A DNA stretch of 63,902 nt, the filler included, from Chrysochromulina tobinii (taxonomy: Eukaryota), in the NCBI GenBank assembly GCA_001275005.1. It is 9 parts of 9 records of this genome, joined end to end, with 100 filler letters (N's around TTAATTAATTAA, not from the genome) between each part and the next. Parts side by side here need not be neighbours in the genome. Positions count along the whole stretch, not along the records: positions 48,576 to 58,940 come from JWZX01000582.1; positions 59,041 to 62,451 come from JWZX01000583.1; positions 62,552 to 63,902 come from JWZX01000712.1; 6 more parts are not named here. The stretch is one strand, 5' to 3'. Position 1 is the first letter of the stretch. Each line of letters starts with the position of its first letter. The translations under genes and the position numbers were made by a program. The notes under the pieces were generated by a model, which was not told the DNA's origin, did no database searches, and worked only from the letters and a program-made list of their open reading frames with translations. This document shows, piece by piece, positions 56,404 to 63,902 of the stretch.

Positions 56404-58635
56404 TTAGAGTTTGAGCTCAAAGCCAGACCGCCCCTCGATTGCTTTGCGCAACACTTCCTCACCCTCGGCACGCACAGCGTTCCACCGAACGTCTGCCCGC
56501 GTCAACGAGACGTTGACACGCAAGGCGTCAGCGACCGCTTTGGCACCCTCTGTACCGATCTTGTTGTTCAACAACCTGCAGGCACACACCCCAGAAAATA
56601 CATGTCAGGTGCCAGCAGAGCTCAGGTGCTCAGGTGGCGAGGAGTGGTACAATCTGTTCAGTTCGAATAGGGCAGCTTACGATAAATTAGTCAGCGAGCT
56701 ATTGACTGCGAGCGCCGATGCGAGAGATTTGGCGCCTCCCTGATCAATGTCGTTGGAACTCAACCTGACGGAGAGTGGGAAGAGCAGCTCAGGTGAAGCT
56801 CAGATCAATCAAATGGGGGCAGCTCGGATGGATCCAACTTACCACAAATTGGTGAGCGAGCCGCTGACGGCGATGTACTCTGCCAACGGTTTGATGCTTG
56901 CCTTGATGCCATCCTCAGCATGGAGATCCCACGTGGAGATCATGCTTACCTTACTGTCGCGCAGTGCTGTGAAGATGGCAGTCCACCCTTTGGCGCCAAG
57001 ACGATTGCTCTGTAGATTGCACTCCGTCAGCGAGCCTTTGGCAGCGCAAAGGGCGCCGATCGCCTTTGCGCCGTCTGGGCCAATGCCGTTGCCCCCAAGG
57101 TCCAGCTCCTGAACCTTGCTCGCCGTGTTCTCGCGCAGTGCGTCGCAAATCGCGGTGGCACCCTGGTCGCCCAGCTGGTTGGAGCCGACCCACATTTTGG
57201 TCAACGCGGAATTGGCGGCAAGTGCCTTAGCCAATACCGCCGCTCCCTTTGGGCCGAACTTGGTTGACGACCTCAACTTGTTGCTCAGGTCAAGCATGCT
57301 GAGGCTCTTACTCTGTTTGATACCAACCGAGAGTGCCTCCACACCTTCGTTGCCCAGGTGATTGTCTCCGAGCGAGAGGTGTGTCAGCGAGCTCATCGCA
57401 GGAATCAGATAGGCGACGAGCATAGCTGCAGGCCCGTGGAGCTTCTTCTGGGACAAGTTGAGCTCCGTGATGCTGTCCTCACGCATGTGCAGCAACGTGA
57501 TGCTGTCTTCGCGCATGTGCTGCACTGGAATGCCGCAAACGAGTCCCGAACCCGCACAGGCAACGGCTGCGATCGTCAACCTCAACGGCGGCTCTCCCTC
57601 GCCTGAGAAGCAGCTGCCCCCTGAAGGGTGGCGCCAGTCGCCAAGCCCGTTTTGCACTTCCGCGGCCCGGACTTTAGCCACGTCCACCACAAATCCATAG
57701 CCATGGAGGCGTGCCAGTCCAGGTAGCATCCGCCCCGCTACGGCAACCTCCCACGGCCGGCCGGCCTCGATGAGCTGCTCGACGTCGAGGTCGGTGATGT
57801 CATCCAGACGTGTGGGTGCCGGCTGCCCGTCGCGGCGGCACAGGCGCGAGCAGAGGACGCGTCGTGCCAGCGCACGCCACGATCGATTGACGCCCTTGAG
57901 CTCGGCCAACGTGGCCACGTCCACCAAGGCCAGAGCAGCCTCCTTGGCATCCTCCGTGGCGGCCATCTCCGAGAGGAAGGTCTGCCGCAGCAGTGCGGGC
58001 GATGCTCCGAAGTTGGCCTGTTTCGGCGCCTCGCAGCTTTCTGGGGCAAACGTGGGTTCGGCGATTGACGCCGCGTGCTCCTCTGCGCTGCCAAAGTCGC
58101 CATCCGCGCCGAGCAGCGCGCAGAGTTCGTGAGCGCACTTGCCGTTGAGCCGCGAGGCGATGGCACACTGGATGTGCTCGAGCGCCCTCGAGGCATCGAG
58201 AAAGAGGGTGCCCTCGACGAGCTCGACCAGCTGCGATACAGAGCGCTCGTCGGCACTTGGCCATGTGGAGTCAGGATCATTCAGCAACCCCAGCATGCAA
58301 AGCGTCGTGGCCGTCATTGTCGGCACTGGGTACACGCCATCTTCGGGAGGGGCGTCGTCCATGAGATCCTTCAAAGTGCCCGCAAGTCGGGCGGCCTCGC
58401 GCGACCACGTGACCTCCTCTCCCCCTCGCGCTCGCACTCGCACACGGATGCGCTCGTCGCCCGTGCCCATGGCGTGCTCCTGTTCAAAATCTGCAGCTTG
58501 GTCGGCCTCCGTGGCCGTCGAAGGCCGGCCATGCTTGGAAAGAGCGGCACTGGTGTTGGGTGCGTCAATTGTGGTCATCGTGTCGGACGCGTCGTTGAAT
58601 GTACCCAGAGCTTGTGACATGAACACGCCGAGCAT
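56404..58635 (-). CDS. Skp1-like + F-box-like + RNI-type LRR fusion protein; introns 56765..56842 and 56576..56680
   Basis: Skp1-like segments REAARLAGTLKDLMDD and LVELVEGTLFLD...IASRLNGKCAHELCALLGADGDF. F-box-like ALALVDVATLAELKGVNRSWRALA. Repeats of 28 aa (LTxLxLxxNxLGxxG). Two GTAAG...CAG introns flank an 84-nt exon (56681..56764). Confidence 0.8.
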
Positions 58636-58940
58636 CTACGCAGGCTTGGCATAAATATGCTCAACTATGAAGGCACATCTACAAATTTACGCATTTCGAG
58701 CGAACATGCATGCAGGCTTTTCTTTTCCAATCAACATTTTAGCAAAGCACAGAGGTCGCTTGGCGAGACTTGCGATGTTCACACTCAGTAAACCTGGTCG
58801 CGTTGGTTGATGATTGCGGTTCATCAAACGGCTCTGAATCGCGGTGGGTGGGCGGGAACACATAACACACTCAAAGCTGACGCGCATCGATATCGAAGCG
58901 TCCGCCCGCCGCAGAGAATCGGCAGGATCGGCGACGCTAT

Positions 58941-59040
58941 NNNNNNNNNNNNNNNNNNNNNNNNNNNNNNNNNNNNNNNNNNNNTTAATTAATTAANNNN
59001 NNNNNNNNNNNNNNNNNNNNNNNNNNNNNNNNNNNNNNNN
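58941..59040. other. Artificial contig-joining spacer
   Basis: N44-TTAATTAATTAA-N44. Confidence 0.98.
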
Positions 59041-59044
59041 CTCG

Positions 59045-59075
<31 letters not shown>

Positions 59076-60465
59076 GGCCGCCGCCGCCGCCCTCGCCGCC
59101 CCACGCCCCGTTCACGGTCCTGCAGATCCGCAACGCCCAGCACGCGCGGCTGCGCATGGTTGCTCCCGACGCAAACTATGTCAACGACGTCGGTGTCCTC
59201 TGGGACGGAAATTCAGCGTGCGCGCCAGCGGCGCACCAAACCCGCTCGCCACGTGGTCGGCTCGGCTTCATCAGCTGCTGCTCCCAACGGCCGCATCCCG
59301 ACGTTCCGCTTCTGTGCTCACGCGTGCTTGCCTCTCCTCCCCTGGTCACACTGCCGCCCGCAGGACCGATGTCGACTTCGTGCTGATGAGATTCAACCTG
59401 AGCGCGCTCTCGGGCATGGCTCCCATCTCCCGCGCGCTCTTTCGCTACACCGTGTATGACGCTGGCGACCAGGGTGAGATGCACGAGTTCCGCCGCAGCT
59501 GGAATGCGAGCAACGTGACGTACAACAACCTGCCGATGCCGACGCCCCCTCTGCCCTTTTCTGCGGCGGTCATCGACACGTACTGGGGCCCGACGGTCAA
59601 CGACCTGCCTGGCAACCTGGCCAATCAAACCGTCGACGTGACGCCGAGCGTCAACAGGTGGCTCACAGGCACGCCCAATCACGGCTGGGTCTTCGTGCCG
59701 TACTTCGCCAACGGGGTCGGCATCCGCACCGCAGCCTGGGCTACGGTTGCGCAGCAGCCGATGCTCGAGGTGTACTTCGACGCGACGCCGCCGCCGCCGC
59801 CCACTCCGCCTCCTGCATCTCCACCCCTGTCGCCTCCTCCTAGTCCGCCGCCGCCGCTGTGCGCCGTCGACGGCGCACACACCTTCACCGGGGCGGCGAC
59901 CTCCTACTTGACGGCCACGTCGCGTACCGGACTCGTCGGCGGGGGGCTTGGCTTCACGCTCAGCGCGTGGGTCTACCGCGCGCGGATAGGCACTGCAGTG
60001 GATCGCCTCATCGATTTTGGCAATGGTGCAGCTGCGGACAGTGTCGTACTGAGTTTCGATTCCCAAATGCTGTACTATGTGACTCATGGGAGTTCCCACT
60101 CCACACTCTATGCAAGCTCAGCGCCATCCTTCCCCGCAAACGTGTGGACTCACGTCGTGGTCGTGCAGTCGCGTGCGAGCCTCACCGACACCTACGGGCC
60201 CGCCCAGATCTACTGGAACGGTGCGAGCGTCGCGACGACGTCGTCGATGCGCTTCCCGCTGCCGGTGAGCCGCTCGAACCTGTACGTGGGCAAGAGCAAC
60301 TGGGCCGGTGAGGGAACGTTCACGGGTCAGATGAAGGACCTGCTGGTGTGGGACGCCGCCCTCAGCCCGGCGCAGCTGGATGGCGTGCGGCTCGGCGGCG
60401 GCCTGCCGAACACGCCAGCGCCGCTCCTCTCGATGATGCGCACGTGGTGCGGGGCAGCGCCGCCA

Positions 60466-60504
<39 letters not shown>

Positions 60505-62451
60505 TCGCCGCCGTCGCCGCCGCCGTATCCTCTTACGGCGGGGACTGCGTCGGTGAGCAACACCGTCGACCTGACCAGTGCACTCGCTAACTCAGCCGCC
60601 AGCCACATTGTCCTTGCCCCCGGCCGTTACGCCCTCAGCGCCGCGCTCAGCATCACCAGGAGCGTCGTCATCGAGGCGGCGGTGGCAGGCTCGGTCGTGC
60701 TCGATGCACAAGCGAGCTCCTCGAGTCCGCGCCGTGTGCTGAACATCAACCCGGGCTCGTCGGGCGTCGTGCAAGTGATCGGGCTCAACATCACGGGAGG
60801 CTACACCACCTCGTATCCGTATGGCGGTGGTGTCTCTGTCACTGGAGGCACTGTGGCCATCTCATCGTGCACCATCAGTGGGAACACAGCTTCTTATGGA
60901 GGCGGTGTCAATGTCCAGGGTGGCAGAGTGGCCATCTCATCGTCCACCATCAGTGGGAACACAGCTCAAGGGGGTGGCGGCGGCATCGTTGTTGATGGTT
61001 GGGGCATGTTGACCACGGTGACCTTGTCATCGTGCACCATCACTGGCAATACAGCTTCCTATGGGCCCAATGTCTATGTCAGCGGAGGCATGGTCTGCTC
61101 CTGGGCGATGACCCTGACCGGCGTCTCTGGCACGGTCTCTATTTGCTCTGCACCGCCGCCGCCCTCGCCGCCGCCCTCGCCGCCGCCGCCGCCCTCGCCG
61201 CCGCCCTCGCCGCCGTATCCGCCGCCGCCGCCGTATCCGCCGGGGACCGCGGTGGTGAGCAACACCGTCGCCCTGACCAGTGCACTCGCCAACACCGCCG
61301 TCGGCCGCATTGTCCTTGCCGCCGGCACGTACATACTCAACGCCGAGCTCAACGTCACCAGGAGCGTCGTCCTCGAGGCGGCGGTGGCGGGCTCGGTCGT
61401 GCTGAATGCACAAGCGAGCTCCTCGAGTCCGCGCCGTGTGCTGAACATCAACCCGGGCTCGTCGGGCGTCGTGCAACTGATTGGGCTCAACATCACGGGA
61501 GGCTACGTTAATGAAGGAGTACCGGGGGCTTTGTGCTTAGAGACGTGCAACTACGCCATCGACGGCTTATGTGACGACGGCGGCCCCGGCCATGAGTACA
61601 ATTATGACGATTATCAGGACTATTTCAACAGGCACAGGAGTACCTGCGCCATCGGCTCCGACTGCACCGACTGCGGCCCTCGAGGGGGATGGGGCGGCGG
61701 TGTCTATGTCTCTTCTGGCACAGTCACAATCACGTCTTCGTCGATCTACGGGAACTCGGTGCAGTCGACTTATGGAGGGGGCGGCGGTGTTTACGTCTAT
61801 TCCGGAGATGTCTCGATCATCAACTCGCAGATCTACTCCAACTCAGCTCCGGCGCCCGAGTACAGACGGTGCTCGGGCGCCGGTGTCTATGTCTATTCCG
61901 GCACCGTCACGATAACGTCTTCCTCGATCTACGGGAACACCGCTTCCGGAGGCGGTGGTGGTGGTGTCTTTGTCAATTCTGGCACAGTGTCACTCACCAA
62001 CAGCCAAGTGTATTCCAACCAAGCTAACTCGGGCGGTGGTATCTCTGTCTATGGAGGCACAGCCTCGATCATGAGCTCCCAGCTCTACTCCAATTCAGCA
62101 TCGAGTGGCGGCGGTGTCTATGTCTCTTCTGGCACGGTCACGATTGCGTCTTCGTCGATCTACGGGAACACAGCTATTGGCAATGGCGAGGGCGGTGGTG
62201 TCTCTGTCTATGGAATCATAGTCAGAATCTCGTCATCTCTGATCTACGGAAACACAGCTGCTTATGGGCCCAATGTCCGTGCCGGCTGCGGTGGGCTTGG
62301 TTGCCTCTGCACCTGGGCAACAACCATCACCGGCTTCTTCTACGACGGCCGCTCAGTCCCAACTATCCCAACCTGCCCGGCACCGCCGCCGCCCTCGCCA
62401 CCCCCGCCGCCCTCGTTACCGCCATACCCTCCTGGGGGAGCACCGCTGCCG
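59041..62451 (+). CDS. Large modular surface protein fragment: DNRLRE/CBM96-like domain, LamG/concanavalin-like domain, two Pmp-like beta-helix regions, Cys-rich CDDGG module, Ser-Pro linkers; intron 59218..59363; both ends truncated
   Basis: Motifs LMRFNLSAL..SWNASNVTYNN; FTLSAWV..IDFGNG..WTHVVVV..IYWNG..LYVGKSNW; repeated ISGNTA..GGGV.V..G.V.I; and CLETC..CDDGGPG..GSDCTDCGPR. Confidence 0.8.
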
Positions 62452-62551
62452 NNNNNNNNNNNNNNNNNNNNNNNNNNNNNNNNNNNNNNNNNNNNTTAAT
62501 TAATTAANNNNNNNNNNNNNNNNNNNNNNNNNNNNNNNNNNNNNNNNNNNN
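62452..62551. other. Artificial contig-joining spacer
   Basis: N44-TTAATTAATTAA-N44. Confidence 0.98.
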
Positions 62552-63901
62552 AAAGATGGTCCCAGGCGCACCCACACCCTCATTGCCCGCGTCGTTCGAC
62601 CCCCTCTGGCCGCCGACTGCGCTCATCGCAATGCCGATCGCGAGCTGCGACGCGCAGTGCACGGCGATACGTCCGCCAGCCCCGCCGCCTCCAGCGTTCT
62701 GCCAAAAGCCACTACGTGCGCCCGCTGCGCCTCCGGCCCCGCCCGTTGCCTGCAGAGAGCCGTTGCCGAGCATGTTCTCGGCGGTGATCCATATCGAGCC
62801 AGCCGCGGCACCGCCACCTCCGTTGTAGGCGTCGTCCCAGCAACTACAGTGGTAGCAGCAGTGGTTCATACCCGAGTCGGCGCCCTGGGCGCCGTTGACA
62901 CGAATCGAGGCCGACGCCGCCACACTCAGCGTGCCGCTCACGTCGATCCGCACGGTGCCTCCGCCTGTGCCGCCGTCGCGGAAGTGGCCGTTGGCATACC
63001 TTGCGCGCCCGCCGCCACTACCGGCGGTGACGGGCTGCTCGATCACGCCGTACGCGACGCCCCCGGCGTTCCCGCCGTGGCCGGTGCCGCCGGAGCCGCC
63101 ATGCCCGCCGCCGCTGCCGCCGCCAGTACCATCCGACGGCTCGGCGCCGCTTCCAGTACCAAGCAGCTGAGCAAAGCCGCGCGCCGAGGCATCGAGCCTG
63201 CTGCTGCCCTGCATGTTCAGGCCGCTTCCCTCCAAGAAGATGTGCGTCGCCTCCAAGTAGGAGCTGCTGCCGCTCATGTTCATCTGCGAGAAGCGGCCCA
63301 TGATCGAGCACCACTGGTTCGTGCATTTGATCACTCCGGCCACCTGCATGCTCTGGACGTCGTACCTGAGGAGGCTGTACGTCTGCACGTTGGACTCAGA
63401 CGCCTCGACTGACCAGCTGGACGCATTGACGTGCAACGCACCTGCCCGCACGGCAGCGGTGCCCTGCACACGCATCGTGCCAGCCAGCACCTCAAGCACA
63501 CCCACAGATATCGACAACGTCGTCAGGATGGCGCCGGTCTCGACCAACAACGTGCCGGCCTCGATGCGACCAACAGATGCGCTCGTCGTCAGCGTGGTCG
63601 AGCCGTTGATCTTGAGCATGCTCGACGCGGCGATCGGCGCCGCGCTCGTCCAAACTGTATTCAGGAGCTGCATTGTGACTGCTGTGACGCGCGAGTGCGC
63701 CAGCCATGTGCACGAGGTTGTCGACAGCGAGGTAACATTGAGCACGCGCGTAGTCACGTCAGACGACAAGCCGATCACGAGCGTTGCGTTCACGCTGAAG
63801 TAAACATCAACCTTGCTGCTCACGACCTTGAGCGTGTGCACTGCAAGGCTGCCATTGCCGCTCGCAGGCAGTCGCACGTAGCCGCCGACCAGCGACGAGC
63901 T
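62552..63901 (-). CDS. Internal fragment of a giant Gly-rich beta-repeat surface protein
   Basis: The frame is open across the visible part of the contig. Pattern GGGHGG.GG..YG...P...GSGGG...GG.GGG.VRI, GSIWI, GGGGAGGRIAV and GAPGTIF. Confidence 0.72.
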
Positions 63902-63902
63902 C

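Overview
This is GC-rich eukaryotic DNA with short spliceosomal GT-AG introns. The gene families and intron style suggest a haptophyte-like alga (inference). It is not one contiguous locus: nine contigs are joined by eight artificial 100-nt spacers (44 N + TTAATTAATTAA + 44 N), so gene neighbourhoods are meaningful only within a contig. Well-supported genes: a sialate O-acetylesterase-like gene, two tandem secreted PhoX-related/atypical alkaline phosphatases, a PIF1 helicase, a CAMK-group kinase, a TRM11-like methyltransferase, KNL1/Spc105, a BSD-repeat protein, a PHOSPHO-type HAD phosphatase, an ARF-like GTPase, transaldolase, ATG4, a GDP-sugar transporter, a C2H2 zinc-finger protein, GT31- and GT47-like glycosyltransferases, and several Ser-Pro-rich surface proteins. 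Most notable observations: (1) a 10-mer (GATGACCTCT/G) filler flanked by 25-27 bp duplications of host sequence, which appears to have created one intron and duplicated the acceptor of another; (2) a single-chain Skp1 + F-box + LRR protein; (3) a decayed NACHT/WD40 gene carrying an internal RelA/SpoT-like domain; (4) a 436-bp mosaic insert with a YqaJ exonuclease fragment, flanked by a perfect 33-bp duplication, inside a probable non-LTR retrotransposon remnant; (5) a surface protein with three tandem MRH-like lectin domains. No rRNA, tRNA or CRISPR array was recognised. All domain calls come from motif recognition by eye, not from database searches.
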